From: Ignavibacteria bacterium
Lineage (GTDB): Bacteria; Bacteroidota; Ignavibacteria; Kapaibacteriales; UBA4661
Length of the DNA stretch: 64,000 nt
Assembly (NCBI GenBank): GCA_013298775.1
Contig: JAAFIV010000008.1
Location: 31,028 to 95,027 of the forward strand
Direction: 5' to 3'
Shown here in pieces: positions 1-10,346 of this stretch (positions within the stretch are counted from its first letter, which is position 1; each line of letters begins with the position of its first letter). The translations under genes and the position numbers were made by a program. Below the pieces are notes generated by a model, which was not told where the DNA came from, did no database searches, and saw only the letters and a program-made list of their open reading frames with translations.

Positions 1-1263
1 AGCGAAACGTGGTATTTTCAGCGCATCAGCAAACGATATTTTACGAGCGAAGCCACCACTGCAACGATTACTACTGGCACGGTTGAGAACGGCTTCTTTC
101 GTGATTATTCAGCAGACTTCGGTATCAGCATTAGCACACGGCTCTACGGCATTGTAAACCCGCGTATTTTAGGGCTGAACTCGCTTCGACACACGCTTAG
201 TCCTTCGATTGGTCTGAACTACCAGCCAAATTTTGCTTTGCGAGAACTCGGCATGGTTGCTCAGGTTCTTAGGTCGGATTCGACAACAGTGTATAAAGAC
301 AAAAATGGCGATAGTATCAATTATTCCCGCTTTGAACGAGATGGCGGTTCGGTGCGCAATCCAGGTATTGTCGCGGGTTTGCGCTGGAGTTTGGACAATA
401 ATTTCGAGGCAAAAATTGCCGAAAGCGATACGTCGGAAAAAACGATACAGCTTATGTCGGTGAATCTGAATGGAAGTATCAATTTTGCAGCGCGAACCTT
501 TCAATGGAGTCCGATAGGTATGAGTTTTAGCAATAATCTCGGCGGGCTACAGTTTTCGGGCAATGCGGGCTTTGACGTGTACGACCAAGACACAGCAGAA
601 GGAGGCGTATTTTATCGTCGCATTAATACTTTCCTAGCTTCTTCGACAGGAAAATTCCCTGTTCGGCTCACGAACATAGGTTTTACGCTGGGTTTCAGCG
701 CAGGTAGCAACGGTACATCGTTTGGAAATGGTGCGGGAAATGTTCCGGGAAGTACGCAGTTGAATAATCCCAATGCCGCTCCCAACGCCGACACCACAGC
801 GAAAAAGGGCGGACCCAGCCAAGAAGACCTCGCACTCGGCGCACGTTTCCAACAGCGCATGGACAATACCTATCAGCAACTTGATTGGTTTGGTGAACAG
901 TCGGCAGGCTACCGCCCGCTTGATTTTACGTGGAATTCCAATTACAATGCGGCATTCAACTATTCTCCGAAAGCTGGACCAAATCTGCCCCCAACGCTGA
1001 GTGCGTTTATTTCAGCAAACTTTAGTGCAACTTTCGAGCGCACGTGGAATTTCTCCACCAGTTTCAGTTTTGATGCGGTCTCCGGGCAATTCAACGCACC
1101 TTCGCTCACGCTGAACAAAGATTTGTCGGACTGCTGGGCAATGAGCCTCACGTGGAATCCGATTGGGCAATCGCAGGGGTTTATGTTTCGGATTGGCATG
1201 AAAGCTGGGCAACTGCGGGATGTTCAGTATATGCGCCAGCAAAGCCCCTTGTTTCGGCAGTAG
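1..1263 (+). CDS. lptD: Putative LPS-assembly protein LptD, C-terminal part (truncated by the window start)
   Basis: The frame is open from base 1 (SETWYFQRI...LRHTLSPSIGLNYQPNF). Amphipathic beta-strands and the C-terminal LNKDLSDCWAMSLTWNP...FMFRIGMKA pattern match Bacteroidota-type LptD. Confidence 0.75.
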   Translation, partial: SETWYFQRISKRYFTSEATTATITTGTVENGFFRDYSADFGISISTRLYGIVNPRILGLNSLRHTLSPSIGLNYQPNFALRELGMVAQVLRSDSTTVYKDKNGDSINYSRFERDGGSVRNPGIVAGLRWSLDNNFEAKIAESDTSEKTIQLMSVNLNGSINFAARTFQWSPIGMSFSNNLGGLQFSGNAGFDVYDQDTAEGGVFYRRINTFLASSTGKFPVRLTNIGFTLGFSAGSNGTSFGNGAGNVPGSTQLNNPNAAPNADTTAKKGGPSQEDLALGARFQQRMDNTYQQLDWFGEQSAGYRPLDFTWNSNYNAAFNYSPKAGPNLPPTLSAFISANFSATFERTWNFSTSFSFDAVSGQFNAPSLTLNKDLSDCWAMSLTWNPIGQSQGFMFRIGMKAGQLRDVQYMRQQSPLFRQ

Positions 1264-1272
1264 AACTATCGC

Positions 1273-1428
1273 GTGAGGCTCTCACTTCCTAGTGAGGGTC
1301 TCACTTTGGTAAAGCGAGTTGGTAAAACGAGTTGGTAAAGCGAGTTGGTAAAGCGAGTTGGTAAAACGAGTTGGTAAAACGGGAAGTACAGGTAAAGTGA
1401 GACCCTCACTAGGAAGTGAGAGCCTCAC
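1273..1428. repeat. Perfect 35-bp inverted repeat enclosing a 13-bp tandem array
   Basis: Arms at 1273-1307 (gtgaggctctcacttcctagtgagggtctcacttt) and 1394-1428 are exact reverse complements. The interior is ggtaaa(g/a)cgagtt x5 plus a partial unit. Confidence 0.9.
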
Positions 1429-1434
1429 AGTAAC

Positions 1435-1472
1435 AAAAAAGGCAATTACTTTGTGAGTAATTGCCTTTTTTT
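1435..1472. terminator. Bidirectional intrinsic terminator between convergent lptD and ppiD
   Basis: A6-ggcaattact-ttgtg-agtaattgcc-T7. Confidence 0.85.
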
Positions 1473-1490
1473 ATCGAAACATTTTCGCTC

Positions 1491-3647
1491 TTAATCGCGG
1501 AAATACTTATTGCGATTATCAACAATATCCGAGCGTTCGCGGAGTTCGTTGCGCCATTTGAAGAAGGGCTGTCCCATTGCTTTGGTGCGTTCTGCTTGAG
1601 CAAGCGTAGCGCGTTGTGCGGCAAATGCTGCTGCATCGGCTTGTTTGCTGCCTTTGATTTGCGCCACGTAGTAGCCGCGCTCACCGCGAATCGGACCAAT
1701 AATTTTACCGCCCGCTTGCGCTGCTTGCGCGAACAAACTTGCCGAAAGCGCAACATCCGCGCCCACTTGCGGCAAACGACCGTTATTGGTAATACCAGCA
1801 GAATTGACGACCATCAAGGTAGAATCTACGCCTTTTGCTTTATTCAAGGAATCCAAACCAGAAACTTTTGCGAAGACTTCTTGTGCTTTGCCTTTCAGCG
1901 CATCAAGTTTCTTGCTCGTAAGAAGTTTCATGCGGATTTCCTCGCGAGCATCTTCAAGCGGCTTAATACCTGGCAAGCGGCTTTGTGCGATTTGTGCAAC
2001 GACAATCCCTGTATTCTTGATTTCAATTGGGTCGTGAATATCACCGACGTTACCATCGAAAGCAAAATTTGTCAAGGTGCGTGAACCCAAGATAGATGAA
2101 ATACGGCGGAAGTATGCTGTTTCACCAGCTTGAATGCCGAGCTTTTGTGCGGCTTCCAAGAATTTCGCGCCGCCTTGAGTTTGCTCTTTCAGGCTCGCTG
2201 CCGCACGGAACAAGCCGCTGCGGGTTGATTGGCTAATTGTTGGTTGTAGCGTAACTTCGCTATACTTGATTTCATCGGTCTTGCGGTCGGTTACTTTGAT
2301 AATGTGCCAGCCGAATTGTGTTTCTACTGGACCAACAATCGAACCAACAGCAGCCGTGCCAGCCGCATCTTCAAAGGGTTTTACCATCATGCCTTTGCCG
2401 AAGAAGCCCAAATCACCGCTATTTTGTGCCGCGCTTGGGTCTTTCGAGTATTGTTTTGCAAGGGCGTTGAAATCTTTACCCGATTGCGCTTCCTGCATGA
2501 TGCGCATTGCTTCTGCTTTTGCACTGTCTTTGTTCGCGCCGAACTGAAGCAAAATATGGCTTGCTTTGGTTTGCGCATTCACACCAGAGCGGCGGTCGTC
2601 CAAGCGAATAAAGGTCAAGCCTTGTTGTGTTTGAATCGGACCAACAACGCCGCGCAACGGCAAGTTGTTCAGCATCACGAGTGTTTGCGGTGGAACGTCT
2701 TGTACGAATTTGAAATCAACGGTTTGTCCACCGTAATCACCAACGAAGCGTTCAAAAACGGTGTCGCGCTGTCCAGGTGTTTGAGCGGTGTTCAGGTCGC
2801 CCATCATGCGCTCAAGACGCTTCTGAACGCGCTGAGAGTCTGCTTGCGACGGTACAATTGGCAAAATAGCGTAGTTCAATTTGCGAACTGCTTTTTGCTT
2901 GTACGAGGATTCATGCGCTTTGTAGTAGTTTGCAATTTCTTCCGCGCCAACGGTTACCGCGCTATCGGAAATAAGGTTTGCGTTCAACTGAAGGATATCC
3001 GCGTCGAGCGTAGAATTATCAGTCGTGAAGCGATTTTGTACGTAGAGCGGGTCAATCGCGCCAAAGGCACTGCCAACCGCCGCACGCATATTGTTTTGGA
3101 GTTTATCCATGCGGATAGCATCTTCAATGCGCACAAGGTATTTTTTGAAATTAGCCGCTTGTTCTGCGCTACCGCGTTGAGCAATAAGGTCAGGATTGGT
3201 AACGTATTCCAAATACATATCGCGGTTGAAGCGACCGACCGAATCCGTGAAAGGACGGCGCAACACATCCGGCGGGTTTTCCAATAATACGTCCAAAACC
3301 TCGTCGTTGCTCACAGTGATACCAAGTTTTTTTGCTTCTTGGCGCATGAGAATCTCATCCACCATTTCATTCCAGACTTGCTCGCGCACGGGAGCTTCAT
3401 CGAATTCTTCTTGGTTTGGATTTTGCTGACGCGCCATTTCCGCTTGTTCTTTCACGCGACGCTCAAATTCAGCATACATAATTTTTTCGCCATTTACCTC
3501 ACCGAGCTTTGCTGTTGCGAGGTTCTGACCTTGAGAGGTGATTGTCGGCAAGTCAATATCCGAAATCACCATGAAGAGAATGAACAGCACGGCAATCACC
3601 ACCAACACATAAGGCGAAATCGTGCGCATTTTGGAAAGTGTACCCAT
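1491..3647 (-). CDS. ppiD: PpiD-like periplasmic chaperone / peptidyl-prolyl isomerase (SurA-N plus parvulin domain)
   Basis: N-terminal TM anchor and SurA-N region. Parvulin motifs: ASHILL, FNALAKQYSKDP-SAAQNSGDLGFF, MVKPFEDAA, GPVETQFGWHIIKV. Confidence 0.85.
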   Translation of the reverse strand: MGTLSKMRTISPYVLVVIAVLFILFMVISDIDLPTITSQGQNLATAKLGEVNGEKIMYAEFERRVKEQAEMARQQNPNQEEFDEAPVREQVWNEMVDEILMRQEAKKLGITVSNDEVLDVLLENPPDVLRRPFTDSVGRFNRDMYLEYVTNPDLIAQRGSAEQAANFKKYLVRIEDAIRMDKLQNNMRAAVGSAFGAIDPLYVQNRFTTDNSTLDADILQLNANLISDSAVTVGAEEIANYYKAHESSYKQKAVRKLNYAILPIVPSQADSQRVQKRLERMMGDLNTAQTPGQRDTVFERFVGDYGGQTVDFKFVQDVPPQTLVMLNNLPLRGVVGPIQTQQGLTFIRLDDRRSGVNAQTKASHILLQFGANKDSAKAEAMRIMQEAQSGKDFNALAKQYSKDPSAAQNSGDLGFFGKGMMVKPFEDAAGTAAVGSIVGPVETQFGWHIIKVTDRKTDEIKYSEVTLQPTISQSTRSGLFRAAASLKEQTQGGAKFLEAAQKLGIQAGETAYFRRISSILGSRTLTNFAFDGNVGDIHDPIEIKNTGIVVAQIAQSRLPGIKPLEDAREEIRMKLLTSKKLDALKGKAQEVFAKVSGLDSLNKAKGVDSTLMVVNSAGITNNGRLPQVGADVALSASLFAQAAQAGGKIIGPIRGERGYYVAQIKGSKQADAAAFAAQRATLAQAERTKAMGQPFFKWRNELRERSDIVDNRNKYFRD

Positions 3648-3713
3648 TGGAGGTAAACTCCTTGAAAAACTGAATAAAAAGAATAATTGAATTGTTTACG
3701 CGGTGTAATCTTC

Positions 3714-3778
3714 GGAGCGCAGACGCTCTTGTCTGCGACGTTCCATCGAATTGCACAGACAAGAGCATCTGTGCTGCC
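3714..3778. repeat. REP doublet (REPIN-like)
   Basis: ggagcgcagacgctcttgtctgcg ... gcacagacaagagcatctgtgctgcc; two inverted copies of the CAGACA-n4-TGTCTG hairpin family. Confidence 0.7.
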
Positions 3779-4149
3779 AAAACCTGAAGAAACAAAGCCA
3801 GATTTCACGCGGCTCTCAGGAGATATTTCTTTGGAAAATATTCATCACAAAAGCGGTTTTGTAAAACTGACAAAGATTACAAATTTACGGTTTACTTCCC
3901 GATTTTCCAACAACTTTAGGCACGCACACTTCTCTACACCTTTTTTGACAAAGAATAATTTTGAAAAAAAACATCTTCAAAAGCTGATAAATACTCGGTT
4001 TTGAAAATCAATCGCAAGCAGGAATGCGCATTAGAAAAAAACGTCTTGCAGGAGAGCGCACAAGAGCGTTTTTTTGTAGGGAATCTTTTTATCGAAAGTT
4101 CCAATGACTTGTTTTGACAATTCCACCACTCATTTGAATCGCCCAAACT

Positions 4150-5961
4150 ATGGCTAAACGACGTAACCACCGCCGCTCCGACGACGACACACCCAAACTT
4201 ACCCGCGAACAAACCCGCGCACAACTTGGATTTTTACTCACCTTTCTCGCGCCGCACAAGTGGCGCATTTCCTTCGCTCTTTTGGCACTCGTTCTCTCCA
4301 GTGCCGCATCATTGCTCTTTCCGAAAGCGATTGAACTCCTCATTGATGCCGTGCTGAATGAATCAACCGCGAAATATTCCGTTAGCCTTATTTTTGGCGG
4401 ATTGCTTGCGGTGCTATTTGTGCAGTCTGTCACGCGCTATTTTACCTCAATGTCGTTGGCAACGATTATCGAAAATACGCTTGCGAGCTTGCGCACAGAG
4501 CTTTTTGAGCGGATTATCCGATTACCAATGAGCTTTTTTGCTGAAAGACGTGTCGGGGAGCTATCTTCACGGCTTTCTTCGGATTTGTCGCTTGTGCAAG
4601 AAACCTTTACCTTTAGCGTTTTGGAATTGCTCCGCCAAATGGTCTTTTTTCTTGGAAGCGTCGTGCTTATTGCCTCCACGAGCATTCAGCTTACCGTGAT
4701 GATTCTGCTCGTGCTGCCCGTGATTGTGGCAATTGCGCTTGTCTTTGCAAAATTCATTCGCAAATACAGCACCAAAACGCAGGATGCCCTCGCTGAAGCC
4801 GCAACGATTGTCGAGGAGTCGCTCCAAGCCATTGCGGGCGTGAAATCGTTTGTGAATGAACGCTATGAAGCCACGCGCTATCACTCAGCGATTATGAATA
4901 CGGTCGGTTTGGCACTTTCTGGTGCGCGGATTCGCTCGGCGTTTGTGTCGTTTATTTTGATGGTGCTGTTTGGCGGAATCGCTGGTGTACTCTGGTACGG
5001 CGGCAGTTTGGTACGCTCTGGCGCAATGACGATGGGCGGCTTAACATCGTTCATCATTTACACAACGTTTGTGGGCGGTGCTTTGGGCAGTTTTGCGGAA
5101 TTATTTGGGCAAATCCAACGCACGCTCGGCGCGTCGGTGCGCATCCGTGAGATTTTAGAATCCGAACCAGAACTCTTGGATAAAACCAATAATGCTGGAG
5201 AAGGCGCACCGGTACGCCGTTTGCAGTCGGTGGAGTTTCAAAACATCCACTTCGCCTATCCTGGACGCAAGGATGTACCTGCCTTACAGAATGTTTCGTT
5301 TTCCATTGAATCGGGCAAGCGTGTAGCGTTTGTGGGAGAATCAGGTGCAGGAAAAAGCACGACGGCGGCGTTAATTCAAGGCTTCTACGCACCAGAGAGC
5401 GGACAGATGTTATTCGACGGCGAAGCCGCATCCAGCCTCAGTTTGCGGGAAATACGCGAAAGCGTTGGGATTGTGCCGCAAGATATTGTGCTGTTTGGCG
5501 GCACGATTGCAGAAAATATCCGCTATGGCAAGCTAAATGCAAGTGATGATGAGGTCTGGGAGGCGGCACGTTTGGCAAATGCGGCAGAATTTATCGAACA
5601 ATTCCCCGAAAAATTACAAACGCTGGTCGGCGAGCGAGGCGTGAAGCTCTCTGGCGGGCAACGTCAGCGCGTGGCGATTGCGCGGGCAATTTTGAAAAAT
5701 CCGCCCATGCTCATTTTGGATGAAGCAACCAGCTCGCTTGATTCCCAAACCGAACACCTCATTCAAGAAGCAATGGAGCGGCTTATGACGGGGCGTACAA
5801 CGATTATTATTGCGCACCGCCTTTCGACCATTCGTCGGTGCGATACGATTTTCGTCTTCAGCAAAGGAAAGATTGTCGAGTCGGGAACGCATGAATCCTT
5901 GCTTGCCGACCAAACGAGCTTTTATGCGAAGTTGTGCGCGTTGCAATTTGGCGAAGCCTGA
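4150..5961 (+). CDS. ABC exporter, fused TMD+NBD (MsbA/MdlB-like)
   Basis: Six TM segments, Walker A GESGAGKST, signature LSGGQRQR, Walker B LILDEATSSLD, H-loop IAHRLST. Confidence 0.92.
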   Translation: MAKRRNHRRSDDDTPKLTREQTRAQLGFLLTFLAPHKWRISFALLALVLSSAASLLFPKAIELLIDAVLNESTAKYSVSLIFGGLLAVLFVQSVTRYFTSMSLATIIENTLASLRTELFERIIRLPMSFFAERRVGELSSRLSSDLSLVQETFTFSVLELLRQMVFFLGSVVLIASTSIQLTVMILLVLPVIVAIALVFAKFIRKYSTKTQDALAEAATIVEESLQAIAGVKSFVNERYEATRYHSAIMNTVGLALSGARIRSAFVSFILMVLFGGIAGVLWYGGSLVRSGAMTMGGLTSFIIYTTFVGGALGSFAELFGQIQRTLGASVRIREILESEPELLDKTNNAGEGAPVRRLQSVEFQNIHFAYPGRKDVPALQNVSFSIESGKRVAFVGESGAGKSTTAALIQGFYAPESGQMLFDGEAASSLSLREIRESVGIVPQDIVLFGGTIAENIRYGKLNASDDEVWEAARLANAAEFIEQFPEKLQTLVGERGVKLSGGQRQRVAIARAILKNPPMLILDEATSSLDSQTEHLIQEAMERLMTGRTTIIIAHRLSTIRRCDTIFVFSKGKIVESGTHESLLADQTSFYAKLCALQFGEA

Positions 5962-5996
5962 TGAGCAATACTGGAAAATTTTGCCGTCATTCGGCT

Positions 5997-6791
5997 CTAT
6001 TTTTCTGCATAAATCATTACCCAAAACCCTGACCACGAGGCAAAGAATTTTTGGTTAATGATATTCAAGAAGCGTGGATAATGGCGGCGAAGCGGGTCGC
6101 AAACGGCAAAGCGAACATTCCGAAACTGTGCAAACATTTCGCGTAATTCCGAGCGCGAATACGCTTTGCCAAGCGGGTTTTCTGAGCCGTCGTACACACG
6201 CACCCAATCATCGTAGGTGCGCCATTTTCCTTTGAGTAATCCTGTCAGAAAAAACAGCAGCGTTCCCAGCCAGACGTGGAGCGACTGCTTGTGGTAGAGC
6301 ATAATCACAATCTGCCCGCCGCCCGATTTCACAACGCGATGTACCTCATTGATTGCCGTTTGTGTGCGCGGTGTGTGGTGCAGCACGCCGAAAGAATAGA
6401 CGACATCGAAGGTGTCGTCGGGAAAGGGGAGATTTTCTGCATCGGCGGTGCGAAACTCGCCCGGTACGCCGTAGAGCGCGAAGCGTTTTTCTGCAAAGGC
6501 AACGCTATTTTCGGTTAAATCTACACCTGTCGTGAGTGCGCCATTGCGAGCAAATTGCAACGTGTCCGTGCCTAAACCACAACCAACTTCCAAGAGTTTT
6601 TTACCACGAAATTCCTTGAATTTGCAGAGTTTTTCCATGAAGGGCTGTATGGTATAGCGAAAACGCTCTACTTCATCGTAAAATTCTTTGCTGCCGCGTT
6701 CTACATGCGTGAATTGTGTGCCGCAGGGGTCGGCATTCCAGTAATCATGAACGCGGGCTTTGAGTTGCTCGTCTTGAACGTCTGGTATCAT
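5997..6791 (-). CDS. Class I SAM-dependent methyltransferase
   Basis: LLEVGCGLGTD, GVDLT, DAENLPFPDDTFDVVYSFGVLHH motifs. Confidence 0.9.
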   Translation of the reverse strand: MIPDVQDEQLKARVHDYWNADPCGTQFTHVERGSKEFYDEVERFRYTIQPFMEKLCKFKEFRGKKLLEVGCGLGTDTLQFARNGALTTGVDLTENSVAFAEKRFALYGVPGEFRTADAENLPFPDDTFDVVYSFGVLHHTPRTQTAINEVHRVVKSGGGQIVIMLYHKQSLHVWLGTLLFFLTGLLKGKWRTYDDWVRVYDGSENPLGKAYSRSELREMFAQFRNVRFAVCDPLRRHYPRFLNIINQKFFASWSGFWVMIYAEK

Positions 6792-6835
6792 TCGATATAG
6801 TTTTTTAGATGAAGTTCAGATAAAATCGTACGCTT

Positions 6836-6940
6836 TTGCCCTCATCCCCCGCCTTCTCCCAGAAGGAGAAGGAGCTAAGACGAAGAACATCGAACGCTTC
6901 TGAAGCCCTCTCCCTCTGGGAGAGGGTTGGGTGAGGGCAA
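6836..6940. repeat. Palindromic miniature element, CCCTCACCCAACCCTCTCCC...GGGAGAGGG family
   Basis: Terminal IR ttgccctca/tgagggcaa and two internal hairpins. Homologous to copies at 31327-31423, ~11524-11623 and ~50564-50660. Confidence 0.85.
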
Positions 6941-7211
6941 TCGTGAACGCAAGTTTTTATGCGGGTTTCAGAATTTTATCTACACTTCAATTTAGATGAG
7001 AATGAGATATTGTGAGATAATTTGGATAATCAAACCGAGAATTTACGCCACTTGTTGGCATTTTCCAATTTTTTCTTTTGGAGCAATTTCACTATGTGAG
7101 GCATACCTTGCCAATACGTGGAATTATTTGGGCAAGAACGGTGTTTAGCACCTATACGCCCAATTATCTGCGTATAAGTTACTCAATTTTTTACTCTCTA
7201 AGGATTTCTCT

Positions 7212-7718
7212 ATGATTCGTCGAATCATCAGTTCTACAATGGTACTTGCGTTTGCACTTGCCTTGACAACAACAGTGTTTGCACAGACCGCAAAAAAAGA
7301 TGCAAAAAAAGATATTGTTGAAACAGCAGTTGCGGCTGGCTCATTCAAAACACTTGCGACGGCACTCACCGAAGCTGGACTCATTGAAACACTCAAAGGC
7401 AAAGGTCCTTTTACAGTGTTTGCTCCAACCGATGCGGCATTTGCAAAAATTCCGAAAGCAACGCTTGATGGCTTGTTGAAAGACAAAGAAGCACTCAAAA
7501 AAGTATTGTTGTATCACGTAGTTGCTGGCAAAGTAGTAGCAAAAGACGTGATGACGATGAACGGCAAAGGCGCGAAAACAGTAGAAGGCTCGGAAGCAAT
7601 GATTAAAATTGATGGCAAAACCGTCATGGTTGATGCAGCAAAAGTAGAAAAAACAGACATCGAATGCAGCAATGGCGTTATCCACGTGATTGATACCGTG
7701 ATTATGCCAAAGAAATAA
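7212..7718 (+). CDS. Secreted fasciclin (FAS1) domain protein
   Basis: Signal peptide, FAS1 H1 motif [11 protein letters not shown] and H2 motif [13 protein letters not shown]. Confidence 0.93.
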   Translation: MIRRIISSTMVLAFALALTTTVFAQTAKKDAKKDIVETAVAAGSFKTLATALTEAGLIETLKGKGPFTVFAPTDAAFAKIPKATLDGLLKDKEALKKVLLYHVVAGKVVAKDVMTMNGKGAKTVEGSEAMIKIDGKTVMVDAAKVEKTDIECSNGVIHVIDTVIMPKK

Positions 7719-7754
7719 GTGTTCATGCCGACCACAGCGATAGGGTCTTGAATA

Positions 7755-7792
7755 AAAAAATGGCTTGTAGAAATTTCTACAAGCCATTTTTT
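7755..7792. terminator. Intrinsic terminator downstream of the fasciclin gene
   Basis: A6-tggcttgtagaa-at-ttctacaagcca-T6. Confidence 0.85.
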
Positions 7793-7863
7793 GTTGAATG
7801 CACTTGCTCTTTCTCTTTGCTCGCACTATGTAAATCAGATTTCGCTATAAGCGAAATATTTTG

Positions 7864-7871
7864 TAATTTTG
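7864..7871 (+). promoter_or_regulatory. Candidate Bacteroidota-type -7 promoter element
   Basis: TAATTTTG (TAnnTTTG) about 110 bp upstream of the acyl-CoA dehydrogenase ATG at 7983. Confidence 0.35.
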
Positions 7872-7982
7872 TTTTCTGTACCGATATGCATCTGTACCCG
7901 TTTACAGTTGTCCTTGTTCTTCATTGTGTGTATTTCACATTTACTGTTCACTTCATTATTCATTTTTTCAGGAAGTTTTGCT

Positions 7983-9155
7983 ATGACAGATACGCTTGTA
8001 GCACCGACCGCTTTTGATTTCGACCTTAGCTCCGAGCAAGTGGCGGTGCGCGATACAGCACGCTCGTTCGCCGAAAATGAAATTGCTCCTGTGGCGTTGC
8101 ATTTCGATGAAACACAAGATTTTCCCCACGAAATTTTCAAAAAGCTCGGTGATTTGGGCTTTTTGGGAATTATGGTTCCCCCCGAATACGGCGGAAGCGG
8201 TATGGGATATGTAGAATACGCTCTTATTGTCGAGGAAATTGCGAAAGCCTGCCCTGCGATTGCGCTTGGCGTAGCCGCGCATAACGGCTTGTGTACGGGG
8301 CATATTCTTCGCTTTGGCAGCGAAACATTGAAAGCAAAATACTTGCCGCGCCTTGCAAGCGGCTCCACAATGGGCGCGTGGGGACTCACCGAACCCGGCT
8401 CTGGCTCCGATGCAGGTGGAATGCTCACCACCGCCGTAAAAGACGGAGACGATTGGATTCTGAACGGCGCGAAGAATTTTATCACGCACGGCAACGTGGG
8501 CGATATTGCGGTGATTCTCGCCGTCACCGACCGCTCCAAAGGTACGAAGGGCGTGACAGCGTTTGTTGTTGATAAATCCATGAAAGGATTTTTCGGCTCG
8601 AAAAAAGAAAATAAAGTGGGAATGCGATGCAGCGACACGGCGGGCTTGACGCTTGATAATGTGCGGGTTCCAGCAGAAAACATGATTGGCAATTTGAACG
8701 AAGGTTTTATTCAAACCATGCAAATTTTGGATGGCGGTCGTGTCTCAATTGCCGCATTAAGTCTGGGTTTGGCGGAAGCCGCAATGTCGCACTCGGTGAA
8801 ATACGCCCAAGCGCGGAGACAGTTTGGCAAGGCGTTATCGGATATGCAAGCAACGCAGTTCAAAATTGCCGAAATGTCGGTGAAAGTAGAAGCCGCACGT
8901 TTGCTCACCTTCAAAGCCGCATGGATGCGCGACAGAGGAATGAAAATGACGAAAGAAGCCGCACATGCAAAACTCTTTGCTAGCGAAATATCCGTGCAGA
9001 TTGCCGAAGAAGCCGTGCAGATTCACGGCGGCTACGGCTACACCAAAGAATATCCCGTCGAAAAACTCTGGCGCGATTCAAAACTGCTCACCATCGGCGA
9101 GGGAACAAGCGAAGTGCAGCGTATGGTGATTGCACGAAATGTGTTGGCGGAATAA
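7983..9155 (+). CDS. Acyl-CoA dehydrogenase
   Basis: GAWGLTEPGSGSDA, WILNGAKNFITHG, KVGMRCSDT, AVQIHGGYGY, IGEGTSEVQR. The start is moved to ATG 7983 (MTDTL). Confidence 0.95.
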   Translation: MTDTLVAPTAFDFDLSSEQVAVRDTARSFAENEIAPVALHFDETQDFPHEIFKKLGDLGFLGIMVPPEYGGSGMGYVEYALIVEEIAKACPAIALGVAAHNGLCTGHILRFGSETLKAKYLPRLASGSTMGAWGLTEPGSGSDAGGMLTTAVKDGDDWILNGAKNFITHGNVGDIAVILAVTDRSKGTKGVTAFVVDKSMKGFFGSKKENKVGMRCSDTAGLTLDNVRVPAENMIGNLNEGFIQTMQILDGGRVSIAALSLGLAEAAMSHSVKYAQARRQFGKALSDMQATQFKIAEMSVKVEAARLLTFKAAWMRDRGMKMTKEAAHAKLFASEISVQIAEEAVQIHGGYGYTKEYPVEKLWRDSKLLTIGEGTSEVQRMVIARNVLAE

Positions 9156-9204
9156 TCTTTGCGCGAAACGAGTATCGCAAAAAACGAGTATCGCAAAAAA
9201 CAAC

Positions 9205-9241
9205 AAAAAAGCCTCATGCAGACAGTCTGCGTGAGGCTTTT
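9205..9241. terminator. Intrinsic terminator after the acyl-CoA dehydrogenase, preceded by a 16-bp tandem duplication (9166-9197)
   Basis: A6-gcctcatgcagac-a-gtctgcgtgaggc-T4; aaacgagtatcgcaaa x2 lies just upstream. Confidence 0.75.
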
Positions 9242-9358
9242 GTGTATGGGTTGTGTACTTATTTTCGGTATTACTTCATTTGAACAAACGAAATTGATTG
9301 TTTATGTGTTTAGGGTGTGGTATCACACTTTTCCACTACTCGGATTATTCAAAACGTT

Positions 9359-10342
9359 ATGGAACAAAAATATCTTTCCCTCGCCCCAACAAACCTTAAA
9401 AACAAGCAATCAACGCGGTACGACGGCACAGGTTTTAGTGCTTCTTTGGAAGAATTTTCAGAACAAGATAAACAAACCTTGCTCACGGTATATCAACACA
9501 TCAAAGCTATTTACGATGTATGGCTGTACATGAAAGAAGCACCCAATTATAGGATTCTCCAACCCAATGCAGATTGGTTTCTTTCCGAAGGTTTTCTCAC
9601 GATTGCCAAAGATTTAGGAGCGAATGATGAATATCCATCAATACATATACAAAAAATCCTGCATGATATTCGTGGTGGTGCGCTAATGTCGATGGTAAGC
9701 CATGCAAACAAAATCAAAGCCATGAATTTGTACCACGAAGTAGATATTATGCGGAGTTTCGTGTTTCTCGCCCGCGACCAAGCCAAGATGATGCGCAATG
9801 CAGTGCATGATATTGACCTTATGACCCGCGCCGCCGACGAACGCATTCGGATTCATTCCATTTACGATTACGTTCAAAAATGGAATAATTTTGAATATCA
9901 CCATAACGACCGCACAATTACGGTGAAAGTACAATGCTATTTTGAAGGAAACGTTACCACCTGTTGTTTAGAGGCTTCCGCTCTCGACCGCGTGGTGTAC
10001 AATTTCGTCAATAATGCACTTCGCTTTTCCAAGGAAGATACTATCACCATCACCATTTTTCCTGTTGGAAATATTCTGCGGTGGGTGGTTGAAAACAAGA
10101 TACAACCTGAGAATATTACTTGGCTTCAAGAGCATATCGGCAATGATTTTTCCTTATTATTCAAGGGTGGAATTACGAACGAAGGCAATGGTATTGGTCT
10201 CTCGAATTGTGCGGATATTGTGGGAGCAAGTTTTGGAATGTCTGCTCCTGAGGCGATTGAGCAACGATATATTACAGCAACAGTGAGAGAAGAAACATTC
10301 TATGCCTGTTTTCATTGGAACGCAGTAGTTGAAAATGAGTAA
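9359..10342 (+). CDS. Atypical soluble histidine-kinase-like ATPase (H-box plus HATPase, no recognisable sensor or TM)
   Basis: LHDIRGG (H-box-like), VYNFVNNALRF (N-box), GNGIGLSNC (G2). No hydrophobic segment. Start at ATG 9359. Confidence 0.7.
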   Translation: MEQKYLSLAPTNLKNKQSTRYDGTGFSASLEEFSEQDKQTLLTVYQHIKAIYDVWLYMKEAPNYRILQPNADWFLSEGFLTIAKDLGANDEYPSIHIQKILHDIRGGALMSMVSHANKIKAMNLYHEVDIMRSFVFLARDQAKMMRNAVHDIDLMTRAADERIRIHSIYDYVQKWNNFEYHHNDRTITVKVQCYFEGNVTTCCLEASALDRVVYNFVNNALRFSKEDTITITIFPVGNILRWVVENKIQPENITWLQEHIGNDFSLLFKGGITNEGNGIGLSNCADIVGASFGMSAPEAIEQRYITATVREETFYACFHWNAVVENE

Positions 10343-10346
10343 TTTT

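Noticed and set aside
1308-1380. 13-bp repeat array as a CRISPR
   Set aside because: The units are directly adjacent with no unique spacers, too short, and no cas genes are present.
2304-3287. Long antisense ORF (327 aa) opposite ppiD, and similar shadow ORFs opposite recN, the acyl-CoA dehydrogenase and the kinases
   Set aside because: They fully overlap confidently assigned genes on the other strand, have atypical composition and show no motifs.
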